Below, in pieces: positions 20,473 through 31,182 of a stretch of 64,000 bases of DNA. The stretch comes from Candidatus Zhuqueibacterota bacterium (GTDB taxonomy: Bacteria > Zhuqueibacterota > Zhuqueibacteria > Oceanimicrobiales > Oceanimicrobiaceae): positions 182 to 64,181 of the forward strand of contig JAJDAE010000296.1 in the NCBI GenBank assembly GCA_029262035.1, in the 5' to 3' direction. The notes beneath the pieces are model-generated. The model was not told where the DNA came from. It worked only from the letters and a program-made list of their open reading frames with translations, and searched no databases. Within the stretch, counting starts at the first letter, position 1, and every line of letters starts with the position of its first letter. Both the position numbers and the translations under genes were made by a program.

Positions 20473-22614
20473 ATGACTTTAAAGCCTTGTCACCTCATAC
20501 CTTTTGTCCTTCTAATTTTCATATTTCTCAGCAACTCACTCCATGGTCAAAAAAGGTCTAATTCCAATGCGCTAAATGTAGATGATGATTCCAAATTTAC
20601 AACTACCGGGAGTATCGGGTTGACCATATCCAACTTTGGAACATTTGGTGACGGTTTTGCAATTCAGGCACCTGTAGATCAACCATCTTGTGAATATCCT
20701 CGGGGTTCCGGTATAGAGCATCTCTTTGTTGGCGGACTCTGGGTAGGCGGTAAACGTGATAATGGCACAATTTTGGTTACGACCGGCGCAAGAGATATTC
20801 CGTCACTGCGCGATATTGCGGCTGGTTTTGAGTTCACTAATTCGGATGATCCAAACGATGTCGTCCTCGAGCGTTCCAGTATTATAGATAACCCGTTTTT
20901 TGATCCGAATGCTATCAGCCACCAGGATTTTATTTCGGACTTTACTGACTCGAATGTTGTAGTACCCGGTACTACAATTCGAATCCCTCAGCACACGCCC
21001 ATAAATGTTTCTGTACACCTTGAGACTTATGCCTGGAATTTTCCCTTTGCTGATGCATTCGTCATTTTTAATTACACCATTAAGAATGATAGCAAAGAAA
21101 GGTTAAACGATGTTTACATTTCACTCTGGGCAGATATGGTAGTACGAAATACAAACATCACACCACCAAGGGTTGGCGCCCCGTTTTTTCAAAATGTCGC
21201 CAACGGCTGGCTAGATTCACTGAATATGGCCTACTCATATGATTTTGATGGCGATCCCGGCTTCACTGACACCGGCTTATACATCGGATTAAAACATCTT
21301 GGTGCAACTCCCCAGGTTGGAGATACAACCTACCAAAACAAAGCAGATTACAACGCCTGGCTCTTCCGTGATTCCAGTGACCCTGTGCTTTTTTCACCCC
21401 AAACAGACATCGACAGTTATTTAAAACAGGAACGCCCCCTACCTCCGCTTCTGATTGATACCGTGATCAAAGGGCAGAGAGGTAATTTTATGTCTTTAAT
21501 TACGACGGGACCTTTTGAAAAAATCGATCCGGACTCTTCAATAAATGTGGTCTTTGCGATTATTACCGCAGGTAAATCGGGTAACGATCCCAATACCTCC
21601 GACTCTTTTCAAAATAGAGAAAACTTATTCACCAATGCCTTTTGGGCACAGACCGCCTATGATGGCGAAGATCGAAATGGTAATAATGTTTTAGACCTGG
21701 GCGAAGATTTAAACCGTGATGGCCAGATTGACCGTTATATTCTGCCAACGCCGCCAAACACACCGCGTATCAAAGTTATACCAGCCCAGAATAAGGTGAC
21801 CGTTTATTGGGACAAATCTGCTGAAGAATCCATAGATTTCATCAGTGGCAAAAAAGATTTTGAAGGATACAAATTTTACCGCACCAAGCTTGCTGAAGAT
21901 TTGCCGGGCAGAGATTTCTTCTCATCATTCTCTCTAATAGCCGAGTTTGATTCGGTAAATGGCATCGGCCTTGATACCGGGTTAGACTTTGTCCGGCTGC
22001 AAGAACCGGTCACCTTTGATGAAGTTGTGCTAAATCCGTTTACAGGCGAAGAAGAAATATTGTTCTACTATTATAAATTTGAAAATACCGATCTGCTGAA
22101 CGGCTGGCAGTACGGTTATTCCGTTACCGCATTTGATGGTGGTGACCCGGAAATAAACCTGGGCAGTCTGGAAAGCAGTAAATTATCAAATGTGGTTCGT
22201 GTTTTCCCCGGTTCGCCAACAATGGAAACCCAAAATGCTGCGGCTCCACAGCAAAAGATAAAAGTTGGGGTATATCCTAATCCGTATCGTGCGCAAGGCA
22301 CCTGGGATGGTAACCTGGAAAGAGAACGTAAGCTATATTTCTTCAATTTACCGGCAGATTGCGAAGTACGAATTTTCACATTGGGCGGTGACTTGGTTAA
22401 CAAATTTGAACATCATGGCAACTCTTATACCGGCGATGATATTCGCTGGTTTGAACAATTCTCCAGAGGCGACAGAGTTTTTGCCGGCGGAGAGCATGCT
22501 TGGGATCTTGTTACTCAGGATGATCAGGCAATTGCTTCCGGTTTATATTTTTATACTGTAAAGGATTTCAATACAGGCAAAATTCAAAGAGGCAAGTTTT
22601 TGGTAATTAAATAA
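20473..22614 (+). CDS. Large secreted protein with FN3-like domain and T9SS-like C-terminal sorting domain, associated with the TBDR/PorV locus
   Basis: Signal peptide; Ca-binding-like DRNGNN..DLNRDG; C-terminal VYPNPY..IFTLGGDLV..ASGLYFY..GKFLVIK. Confidence 0.75.
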   Translation: MTLKPCHLIPFVLLIFIFLSNSLHGQKRSNSNALNVDDDSKFTTTGSIGLTISNFGTFGDGFAIQAPVDQPSCEYPRGSGIEHLFVGGLWVGGKRDNGTILVTTGARDIPSLRDIAAGFEFTNSDDPNDVVLERSSIIDNPFFDPNAISHQDFISDFTDSNVVVPGTTIRIPQHTPINVSVHLETYAWNFPFADAFVIFNYTIKNDSKERLNDVYISLWADMVVRNTNITPPRVGAPFFQNVANGWLDSLNMAYSYDFDGDPGFTDTGLYIGLKHLGATPQVGDTTYQNKADYNAWLFRDSSDPVLFSPQTDIDSYLKQERPLPPLLIDTVIKGQRGNFMSLITTGPFEKIDPDSSINVVFAIITAGKSGNDPNTSDSFQNRENLFTNAFWAQTAYDGEDRNGNNVLDLGEDLNRDGQIDRYILPTPPNTPRIKVIPAQNKVTVYWDKSAEESIDFISGKKDFEGYKFYRTKLAEDLPGRDFFSSFSLIAEFDSVNGIGLDTGLDFVRLQEPVTFDEVVLNPFTGEEEILFYYYKFENTDLLNGWQYGYSVTAFDGGDPEINLGSLESSKLSNVVRVFPGSPTMETQNAAAPQQKIKVGVYPNPYRAQGTWDGNLERERKLYFFNLPADCEVRIFTLGGDLVNKFEHHGNSYTGDDIRWFEQFSRGDRVFAGGEHAWDLVTQDDQAIASGLYFYTVKDFNTGKIQRGKFLVIK

Positions 22615-22759
22615 CTATTGAGGACTTCAAGCGTAGTGCGACGTGCAATATATCTTCGCCCACGCTCCGCGTAAATTTCCAAAAGGAGGTGAATGCCGGG
22701 CAACATTTTATACTCAAATTAACCCATTCCATTAAATCTCTAACTCAGGAGAGAGGATT

Positions 22760-25630
22760 ATGAGAAAATTGTTATTGCCAATCTTTATTTTGGCTATGTT
22801 AACTTCAAGTTTTTTGTTTGCGCAAGATCATATAATTGTAACAGAATTTGTAGTAACCCCGACTGCGGGAGAATTTGTAGAAATTTATAACCCGACGGAT
22901 GCTGCCATCGACTTGAGTAATTACTATATTACCGATGCAACATTTGCCGGCGGCGAAACCTATTACTACAAAATTGTAGAAGGAAATGGCGGAGGCGGAA
23001 CATTTAACGATTTCAACGCACGTTTCCCTGATGGCGCGACAATAGCTCCAGGGGAATTCCAAACGATATCTCTACCAGGAAGTGATGCATTTTTTGGCGA
23101 GTACGGCATAAACCCAACCTATGAGCTCTACGAAGATGGCACAGAAGCAGATGGGGTACCGGACATGCGGGATGCCACACCGGGCAGCATTGCGAACCAA
23201 GATAACTCCGATGGTCGGCCTAGCGGATTTTCCGGCGGAGAAGTAGCCATCTTGTATTATTGGGACGGTACCAGTGACTTAGTTAAAGATGTGGATTATG
23301 TCCTCTGGGGTGATAAGGCCGAAGCCGTCGACAAAACCGGCGTAACCATCGATGGCCCAGACGCGGATAGTGACGGTTCGACATACGCCGCAGAAACGGC
23401 CATAGCTGACCAATATGTCGTCAATGCTGACAACGATGATGATGCCAACCCTCATGATTCTGGTATGTCAGCACAACGCCGTTTAGATGTTGAAGATGTA
23501 GAAAACTGGCTCGGCGGTAACGGACTGACCGGACATGATGAAACCAGTGAGAACTCCTCCTGGAAAGGTGGAATCTGGAGTATTAATGAGCCAGCAACAC
23601 CCGGCTACCGGGCGCTTGGCAAAAACTCTGCAGCAGACAGTTTAACCATAGCTGATATAAATTTCATTCGTGCAGACAGCATTGGTACAGGTGCTACAGG
23701 TGCTAACGAAGATTCTCCCTTCCTCGGCGACACACTGACTGTAACCGGCATTGTAATGCATGGAACACGCGAAATAAACCTTGGCGCACGCTGGGGAACT
23801 TTTATGCAGGATGAACGCGGCGGCCCTTGGAGTGGTTTTTTTGTAATACAGAATGATTCCACGGTTGGCGGTACCCTGCTCTCCGCAGCGCAAGCTGGCG
23901 ACAAACTAAAAATGACCGGCATTGTCGGCGAATTTCCAGCAAACGCCAATAGGCAAAGCATTTCCCAATTTATTTTAATTACCGATCCGGTAACCCCGGT
24001 TGAATTTGTCGATTTTGGTTTACCAACTCCGGAACCGATTCTGCTTACTCCCGGTGACCTTGGCGCAACCGGTTCCTCAGAAGACCCAACACTGACCGAA
24101 CGCTGGGAAAGTACTCTGGTACGTTTTGAAGGTTTGACTGTTTTAAGTAATTTTTCTGGCCAGCCCGGCAATATTATGACAGCAGGTGATGAAACCGGTA
24201 CTATTGCCCTCGATGATTATTTTGCCGGACTCAGGACTTTCTTGGATAACAACGCAGGCGTTTGGCCTGGCTTCCCCGCCGGCACCAAGATCAATGTCAA
24301 CGGTTATGTCCGTGACGTTATTACCGGTGGACAGGGACGTACTACGATCAACCCTGTCAGCTTTGATGCAATTGAAACAGCTTCTTCACCTCCGGCAATT
24401 AGCAATATCGCTCGGAATCCGGTTGCGGTAACATCAGCAGATGCTGTCGTTGTTTCAGCCACCATCACAGATGCACAGACTTCAGTCGCAAACGCAGAGG
24501 TCAATTACAGAGTTGAAGGCGGCGCTTTCCAAGCTGTTGCTATGGCAGACGCTGGCAGTGATACCTGGGAAGGTACAATTCCTGCACAAGCAGACGGCGC
24601 ATTAATTGAATATTTTCTAACTGCAGTAGATACGGAAGGTGATAACACCACCTCACCTGGTGATACTTCATCTTCTAAACTATTCTATTTTGTTAGAGAT
24701 GCTGGTTTAGCCATTTTTGACTTGCAATTTACCCCATTTGGTGACGGCAACTCAAGTTATAGTAACTTGGATGTAACTGTTAGCGGTGTTGTAACCTCAG
24801 ATTCTTCTGATTTTTCATTCTACTTTATTCAGGATGGTACGGACGCCTGGAGCGGTATTGACGTACAAGACAATATAAACAATGTTAAATTAGGCGATAA
24901 CGTGACAATTACCGGTACGGTCCGTGAACGTTTTAATGAAACCCAAATCCACCAGGTAACCAATGTCACTGTAAACAGCACTGGCAATACCGTACCCGGC
25001 CCTGTAGTCGTTCAAACCGGCGATTTAAATACAGGTTCGGCAACGGCTGAGCAGTGGGAAGGAATGTTTGTACGAGTGGAAAACGTAACTGTCGTCAACG
25101 AGTTCCCGGATGGAGCTCCTGGTTTTGGCGAATTTACGGTAGACGACGGATCTGGCCCACTACGGGTTGACGACCTGGCGCCTGGCTTCGCCGGACAGGT
25201 GGGAGCCGATACTACTTTCAAATTGGATGATGTCATTGCATCCATCAGCGGCATACAATATTTCTCTTTCGGAAATCACAAATTAATACCGAGAAACGAT
25301 GCTGACGTGATGATCTTGCCGGTTTCCGTCGAGGACAATGATCTTCTTCCTCTCACATTTGCACTTGCTCAAAACTACCCGAATCCGTTTAACCCGGAAA
25401 CGACCATTAACTTCCAGGTACCGGAACAGAGTGATGTGAAAATTGAAGTATTCAATATCCTCGGCCAACGTGTCAGGACTCTGGTTAATAAGCAAATAGC
25501 CGCGGGCACCTACACAATCCAGTGGAGAGGCGCAAACGATGCTGGCCTTTCGGTTTCCTCTGGTGTTTATATTTACAAAATGCAAGCCGACAATTTTGTA
25601 AAAGTACAAAAGATGTTGTTCTTGAAATAA
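22760..25630 (+). CDS. Secreted lamin-tail-domain and OB-fold repeat protein with FlgD-Ig/T9SS C-terminal domain; putative DNA-binding surface protein
   Basis: EFVEIYNPTDAAIDLSNYYI (LTD); two YhcR/ExeM-like OB modules (TVTGIV..FMQDE..WSG..GD.L.MTG.V.E; EQWEGMFVRV); QNYPNPFNP..SGVYIY..KMLFLK. Confidence 0.75.
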   Translation: MRKLLLPIFILAMLTSSFLFAQDHIIVTEFVVTPTAGEFVEIYNPTDAAIDLSNYYITDATFAGGETYYYKIVEGNGGGGTFNDFNARFPDGATIAPGEFQTISLPGSDAFFGEYGINPTYELYEDGTEADGVPDMRDATPGSIANQDNSDGRPSGFSGGEVAILYYWDGTSDLVKDVDYVLWGDKAEAVDKTGVTIDGPDADSDGSTYAAETAIADQYVVNADNDDDANPHDSGMSAQRRLDVEDVENWLGGNGLTGHDETSENSSWKGGIWSINEPATPGYRALGKNSAADSLTIADINFIRADSIGTGATGANEDSPFLGDTLTVTGIVMHGTREINLGARWGTFMQDERGGPWSGFFVIQNDSTVGGTLLSAAQAGDKLKMTGIVGEFPANANRQSISQFILITDPVTPVEFVDFGLPTPEPILLTPGDLGATGSSEDPTLTERWESTLVRFEGLTVLSNFSGQPGNIMTAGDETGTIALDDYFAGLRTFLDNNAGVWPGFPAGTKINVNGYVRDVITGGQGRTTINPVSFDAIETASSPPAISNIARNPVAVTSADAVVVSATITDAQTSVANAEVNYRVEGGAFQAVAMADAGSDTWEGTIPAQADGALIEYFLTAVDTEGDNTTSPGDTSSSKLFYFVRDAGLAIFDLQFTPFGDGNSSYSNLDVTVSGVVTSDSSDFSFYFIQDGTDAWSGIDVQDNINNVKLGDNVTITGTVRERFNETQIHQVTNVTVNSTGNTVPGPVVVQTGDLNTGSATAEQWEGMFVRVENVTVVNEFPDGAPGFGEFTVDDGSGPLRVDDLAPGFAGQVGADTTFKLDDVIASISGIQYFSFGNHKLIPRNDADVMILPVSVEDNDLLPLTFALAQNYPNPFNPETTINFQVPEQSDVKIEVFNILGQRVRTLVNKQIAAGTYTIQWRGANDAGLSVSSGVYIYKMQADNFVKVQKMLFLK

Positions 25631-25644
25631 ATACTTAAATGAGT

Positions 25645-25680
25645 ATCCTCCGGGTTTTAAAGACCCGGAGGATGTTTTTA
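25645..25680 (+). terminator. Intrinsic terminator or attenuator inside the locus
   Basis: ATCCTCCGGGT..ACCCGGAGGAT stem followed by GTTTTTT. Confidence 0.85.
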
Positions 25681-25777
25681 AATCCCTCTGAAAAAAATGC
25701 GGGCTATAAAGTAACTCATGAATTATTTACAAATTATCCACGGTGTTTTAAGTGGTGACAAAATTATTCAAAAAAGA

Positions 25778-27166
25778 ATGAAAACCATATCAACCATTGT
25801 ATTAATTTTATCAGCAGTTTTAGTTCTATCAAGCTGCTCAAAAGACATCAGTAATAATCCGTTGCAAAACAAAGCGCCTCGGACTTTTCTTTCAATTTTC
25901 TCGGATAATCAGCTTAATTCCGTAATCAGCAAACAAACATTTAATTGGTGGGGTGATGACCCGGACGGAATCGTCACGGGCTTCATTTACACTTTCAACC
26001 CAAATGCACAAAACATTGCTGCATGGGATTCCGCCGATGTAAATTCTGATTGGATGTTTACTACGGATACGCAGGAAACATTTACTTTAACCTTGGCAGG
26101 TTCTGACACCGTTTACACTTTCTGGGTAAAAGCCATCGACGACGAGGGCGCTGCTGACCCGGAAGGCGCTATCCAGGAATTCCGTATTATCAACACAAGG
26201 CCGGTAGTAGAATTCCCGGTAGGAACAGATGTTCCTGAAACCACATTTACAGTGGCTACTTTTGTATGGAGCGGTACAGATTTAGATGGTGACGATACCA
26301 TCGCCAAATACCAATACACATTGGATGACACATCTGCAAGCGATGCTTGGATAGATATTCCCGCAAACGAGAATTCCGTCACGTTGACGGCAGAAGATGG
26401 TTTGACGCAAGGTGAGCATGTATTTTTTCTACGCGCCATTGACCTTGCCGGAACCTCAAGTAAAATCATTCCCATGCCGCAGAGTGAAAATCAAATTTGG
26501 TTCGTTAAAGAACCAACAAGCAATTTCCTGATCATAGACGATTATAATATATTAAACAATACCGGCGATTTTTATAATACGATTATTCGATCCATCGCCG
26601 GGTCGGCAGATGTATGGGACATCAAGAGCAACGGCCGGGCTTTGGAACCACCTACCTCCCTGGCATTCCTTAAAACGCTACAACTGTTCGACACGGTTTT
26701 CTGGTATGGCGACACCGCACCAAATCTTGAAAAAGCTCAATCCAGTTTGCCCGATTACGTTGAAAGCGGCGGCAAAGTACTTATGACAACCTCGTTCATG
26801 GAATTCAGCAGCAATCTGGGAGACCCACTGGATTTTTCGCCTGCAGATAGTCTTGGCAGTAAAATCAGCAGAATAACCAGAAACCAAATAGTTTTACCAA
26901 CCGCCGAATACTCAACACAAGGATTTCCTGAATTGAAAGTGGACGCAGCGCTGATTCCGAACATATTTCCGGTTGTACCTAAAATCAGCTCGGAAACTTT
27001 GTATACTTTACCTGCGAATGCGGCAAGATGGGAAGGCACACCCCCGATGGCGGTGATTAATAGTGCCCATACTTTTGTTTTCTTTGGGCTGCCTATGGCC
27101 TCTTTAAACGGTAATGGTACAGTCACGCAACTTTTTGAAATTATTCTTAATAATGTTTTACAATAA
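25778..27166 (+). CDS. Lipoprotein with tandem Ig-like domains
   Basis: Lipobox VLSSC from ATG 25778; repeated W.G.D.DG..F.V.AID modules. Confidence 0.7.
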   Translation: MKTISTIVLILSAVLVLSSCSKDISNNPLQNKAPRTFLSIFSDNQLNSVISKQTFNWWGDDPDGIVTGFIYTFNPNAQNIAAWDSADVNSDWMFTTDTQETFTLTLAGSDTVYTFWVKAIDDEGAADPEGAIQEFRIINTRPVVEFPVGTDVPETTFTVATFVWSGTDLDGDDTIAKYQYTLDDTSASDAWIDIPANENSVTLTAEDGLTQGEHVFFLRAIDLAGTSSKIIPMPQSENQIWFVKEPTSNFLIIDDYNILNNTGDFYNTIIRSIAGSADVWDIKSNGRALEPPTSLAFLKTLQLFDTVFWYGDTAPNLEKAQSSLPDYVESGGKVLMTTSFMEFSSNLGDPLDFSPADSLGSKISRITRNQIVLPTAEYSTQGFPELKVDAALIPNIFPVVPKISSETLYTLPANAARWEGTPPMAVINSAHTFVFFGLPMASLNGNGTVTQLFEIILNNVLQ

Positions 27167-27247
27167 TGGCTTTTAAGACTCTGTTATTGCAACAAATTTC
27201 TTCAACTTTAGTTTTGGCAATACAAACAAATTTAAATTAGATGTAAG

Positions 27248-30124
27248 GTGATTCTTATGAAGCTTATTAGCCGTACTCTCATAGCTTTTTTCTTGTTGAT
27301 ATTTGTTATTAGTCCCGGTTTTACACAAACCAGAGGAATCATAAAAGGCCGAATAACAGACAAGGCAACCGGCGAGGCTCTCCCAGGTGTGAACGTTCTT
27401 GTAACCGGCACTTATTATGGCGCTGCCACAGACTTCGATGGAAATTTTACTATTTCCAACGTCAGTCCGGGAACCTACACTGTTGAAATTTCAATGATAG
27501 GCTATAAAAAAATCCAAAACAATGGCGTAAAGGTAGTTGTAGGCGAAACCACAACGCTTAACTTCTCCGCAGAGGAGTCCGTTTTGGCACTGGGTCAGGA
27601 CGTTGTAGTTATAGGCAAGAAACCCCTCTTTGACATAGAAGAAACCTCAAGCAAAAAGACTATTTCCAGCAAAGAAATCGATGTCGAAGTTGTCGAATCG
27701 GTCAGAGACATCATTGTTAACCAGGTTGGAGTAACAAAAACAAATGACGCAATTCATATTCGTGGCGGACGGTCGCATGAGAATGCTTATTTAGTCGATG
27801 GCATCTCCGTTCAGGATCCACTTTCAGGAACGGGTTTCGGTTTGGAGCTTAGCACCGATGCCATTGAGGAACTGGAAGTAATCACGGGCGGGTTCAACGC
27901 CGAGTATGGCGAAGCAATGTCCGGAATTATCAACGTTAAAACAAAAGAGGGTACGCCGAAATATAAAGGCAGCTTCACTTATAAACGGGATCATTTTGGC
28001 AGTTTTAACCCCGACGCATTTGTCGTTGGTACTTTTAGCGACAAAAACAATCAAAGTTTTAATACAGATATTTTCCAGGCAAGCCTGAGCGGACCTGAGC
28101 CGCTTACACAAAAAATCCTACCTGCACTTGGCATTAAATTGCCGGGAACTATAAATGTTTTCGGTAACTTAAATATGCTGACGACTGATACTTATTTGGG
28201 AAAAACCGCTGATCAGTTATTTTCGTCAACTTTTAATGGAACGGACTTTGCCCCAAAGCAACAAAACAGTTGGTCTGGATTGTTGAAGTTAACTTACAAA
28301 GTTTCACCAACTTTCAAACTTGTGTTGTCGGGTAACCAATCAATCTCCATAAATCAGAACACACAATCCCTGCAAACCAATCTTGAATTTGTGGAACCAC
28401 GTCCGGGGTTTCCTTTTAATTACCAGAACAATTTAGATAATTTCAATACATTTACTCATGTCAATAAACAGATGACCCTGGCAATAACACATACATTAAA
28501 TAATAAAACTTTTTATGATTTAAAATTCTCTCGATTTTTCAGCAATTTGAGAAGTGACGTCAATGGCAAACACTGGACTGAAATGGAAGAACCACAGGAC
28601 ATCGTGACCCAGCCAATCCAGTATTTCTTCAATTCAGATAGTTCAATTGTTTCTGTATTACCCGGCGATGGTTTCTGGGATACTGGCAATGGCCAAAATT
28701 GGCACGACCATTATATTGAAGAATACACCATGAAATTCGATATGACCAGGCAAATTGGCAACGACGCCCATGAATTGAAAGGCGGCATTCAGACAACTTT
28801 TGGCGAAATGCAAATGGTAGATATTGTCAAGCCCTGGTTTGGCGGACTCGGTTTAAATAATGATATTTATAAGGTTAGTCCGGCGTATGGCAGTATGTAT
28901 CTGCAGGATCAACTCCGCTTTAAAGGCTTGGTTGCCAATGTAGGGTTGCGTTTGGATTACTGGTTTCCCGGAAAATTTGTAGAAGATGCCATCGATAACC
29001 CAGATATAGTTACCTTGTCTGCGGACACTCGCCGTCAATTCAAAGAAAGTACCAACGTTTTATTTGGAAGAAGATATCGCAGTCGCCTCAGCCCCAGAAT
29101 AGGCATCTCACATCCCATTTCAGATAACCAGATGTTATTCTTTTCTTACGGCCATTTTTCCAAACGCCCAAAACCACAATTCCTTTACGCTAAATTGGGT
29201 GCAAACAGCGCCAAGTCTTCATTTCAAAAATTTGGTAACCCGAATCTAAATTATGAAACCACCGTGGCCTACGAATTTGGTTTGCGCCACAAGTTTAGTG
29301 ATGATGACGTTCTAACGTTTACTGGTTTCTACCGGGACATTTTTGACTATGTAACAACGGTAAATTTTGGCGGTAGCGGCAGACTTTCCGGGCGCTCACT
29401 TACCACCTATCTCAATTTGGATTATGCACGCTCCCGGGGTATAGAGGCAGAATATCGCACCAGACCGAGTAAGTATTTATCCGGTTCCATCAGTGGTACA
29501 TACAGTATTGCCACCGGTAAAAGTTCATCCCCCGACGACGCATTTCTGGTAGCACGAGGAACTTTGAATGAACGCCCGATCACAGAAGATTTACTCATTT
29601 GGGACCGGCCCTGGCAGGTCAGCGCACTGGTTAATTTCAATGTCGCTAAAGGCCAGGCGCCTACTATTTTGGGCTTTCAAATGCCGGATAACTGGAATTT
29701 CAATGCCAGGGCTTTTGCCCAGGCTGGCAAGCGATATACACCGCAATTTGCTACCGGTTTGTTTCTACCAAACGGCAGACCCCAATATGATGACGATTTG
29801 GATTTAAATGGCGAGCCTGATGATCCCAATGGCGCTGTAGGGCAGAATTGGTTCTGGATCAATCTGGCCTTCGAAAAATATTTTCAGATTGTGGGTTTGC
29901 AATATACTTTCATGATAGAGGTGGAAAATCTTTTAGACCGAAAGAATCCCCAAATCATTAACCCGGTAACCGGAAGCGCTTATGAGTTCGGCGACCCAAC
30001 CCCGACTTCGTTCAACGATCCCTTGTTCCCTGAAACACAGGCGCCGATAAGTCCATTTCCATTTAACCCGGCAAGATACTTAACTCAGCGAAATGTAAAA
30101 GTAGGACTTTCAGTGAGATTTTAA
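27248..30124 (+). CDS. TonB-dependent receptor with carboxypeptidase-regulatory-like N-domain
   Basis: GRITDKATGEALPGVNV, plug IRGGR..YLVDG..ITGGFNAEYG, terminal VGLSVRF. Confidence 0.93.
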   Translation: MILMKLISRTLIAFFLLIFVISPGFTQTRGIIKGRITDKATGEALPGVNVLVTGTYYGAATDFDGNFTISNVSPGTYTVEISMIGYKKIQNNGVKVVVGETTTLNFSAEESVLALGQDVVVIGKKPLFDIEETSSKKTISSKEIDVEVVESVRDIIVNQVGVTKTNDAIHIRGGRSHENAYLVDGISVQDPLSGTGFGLELSTDAIEELEVITGGFNAEYGEAMSGIINVKTKEGTPKYKGSFTYKRDHFGSFNPDAFVVGTFSDKNNQSFNTDIFQASLSGPEPLTQKILPALGIKLPGTINVFGNLNMLTTDTYLGKTADQLFSSTFNGTDFAPKQQNSWSGLLKLTYKVSPTFKLVLSGNQSISINQNTQSLQTNLEFVEPRPGFPFNYQNNLDNFNTFTHVNKQMTLAITHTLNNKTFYDLKFSRFFSNLRSDVNGKHWTEMEEPQDIVTQPIQYFFNSDSSIVSVLPGDGFWDTGNGQNWHDHYIEEYTMKFDMTRQIGNDAHELKGGIQTTFGEMQMVDIVKPWFGGLGLNNDIYKVSPAYGSMYLQDQLRFKGLVANVGLRLDYWFPGKFVEDAIDNPDIVTLSADTRRQFKESTNVLFGRRYRSRLSPRIGISHPISDNQMLFFSYGHFSKRPKPQFLYAKLGANSAKSSFQKFGNPNLNYETTVAYEFGLRHKFSDDDVLTFTGFYRDIFDYVTTVNFGGSGRLSGRSLTTYLNLDYARSRGIEAEYRTRPSKYLSGSISGTYSIATGKSSSPDDAFLVARGTLNERPITEDLLIWDRPWQVSALVNFNVAKGQAPTILGFQMPDNWNFNARAFAQAGKRYTPQFATGLFLPNGRPQYDDDLDLNGEPDDPNGAVGQNWFWINLAFEKYFQIVGLQYTFMIEVENLLDRKNPQIINPVTGSAYEFGDPTPTSFNDPLFPETQAPISPFPFNPARYLTQRNVKVGLSVRF

Positions 30125-30128
30125 TTTT

Positions 30129-31115
30129 ATGAAAAATATAACTTATTCTTTATTAGCACTTTTCCTTCTGGCAAATCATCAGACCGTCCACGCACAATTA
30201 ATTCCTGTTTTAGGCAGCCAACGTGCCGGTACTGCGATGGGACAATTCCTGAAGATTGGTGTAGGCGGAAGAGCAGTAGGTATGGGAGAAACTTTTGTAG
30301 CTGTAGCCAATGACGCATCAGCACTATTTTGGAATCCTGCCGGCGTGACCCAACTGGAGAAAAGTGAAATCACTTTTTCACATACTGAATGGCCGGTGGA
30401 TGTTCAGCATGAATTTTTTGGATATGTGCACAAGCTTAACGCACAGAGTTATCTTGGCGTGAGCGCAATTGTTTTGCACACGGATGATTTTGAAGAAACA
30501 ACAGAGTTCCAACCACTGGGAACGGGCAGGTTTGTATCCTTCGGAGATGCCGCCTTCGGTTTAACCTACGCGCGTAAAATGACCGACAGGTTCAGCGTAG
30601 GCTTAACGGTTAAATACATTGATGAGACTCTGGACAACCTGCATGCTAGAAATGTGTTCATAGATTTTGGTACATTTTTCTGGACCGGATTTGGCTCTTC
30701 ACGTTTCGCAATTGCAGTCACCAACTTCGGAACAAACATAGAGCCATCGGGAACTTTGCTACTTCGGGATGGCACAAAAATAACAGATTTCCAAGATTTT
30801 TCTCCGCCAACCATTTTCAGAATTGGTCTGGCAACGGAAGTTATAGACAATAGTTCGCACATGTTAACTACTTCAGTACAACTCAACCATCTAAACGACA
30901 ATGCAGAAAATTTTAATTTTGGATTGGAATACTGGTGGAACAAAATATTGGCGCTCAGAGGTGGTTACCGTCTTAATGTAGATGAAGAGTCCCTGGCATT
31001 TGGCGCCGGCTTAGCGCTTCCTCTACAACTAATTGACCTTAACCTGGATGTATCTTACACAGATTTCGGACAATTGGGAAGCGCGAGCAGATTCTCGGCA
31101 AGTATTAAATTTTAA
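30129..31115 (+). CDS. PorV/PorQ-family outer-membrane barrel protein
   Basis: FLKIGVGGRAVGMG..DASALFWNPAG, ALRGGY, terminal Phe. Confidence 0.85.
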   Translation: MKNITYSLLALFLLANHQTVHAQLIPVLGSQRAGTAMGQFLKIGVGGRAVGMGETFVAVANDASALFWNPAGVTQLEKSEITFSHTEWPVDVQHEFFGYVHKLNAQSYLGVSAIVLHTDDFEETTEFQPLGTGRFVSFGDAAFGLTYARKMTDRFSVGLTVKYIDETLDNLHARNVFIDFGTFFWTGFGSSRFAIAVTNFGTNIEPSGTLLLRDGTKITDFQDFSPPTIFRIGLATEVIDNSSHMLTTSVQLNHLNDNAENFNFGLEYWWNKILALRGGYRLNVDEESLAFGAGLALPLQLIDLNLDVSYTDFGQLGSASRFSASIKF

Positions 31116-31182
31116 TATCACTTAAACATTTTATTCTGAACTAACTGATCCATTTTTGTATATCAAATAGAAGACCAAACAG

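Noticed and set aside
22693..22722. Nine-codon ORF MPGNILYSN after the strong SD
   Set aside because: The ATG directly abuts the SD, too close for normal initiation
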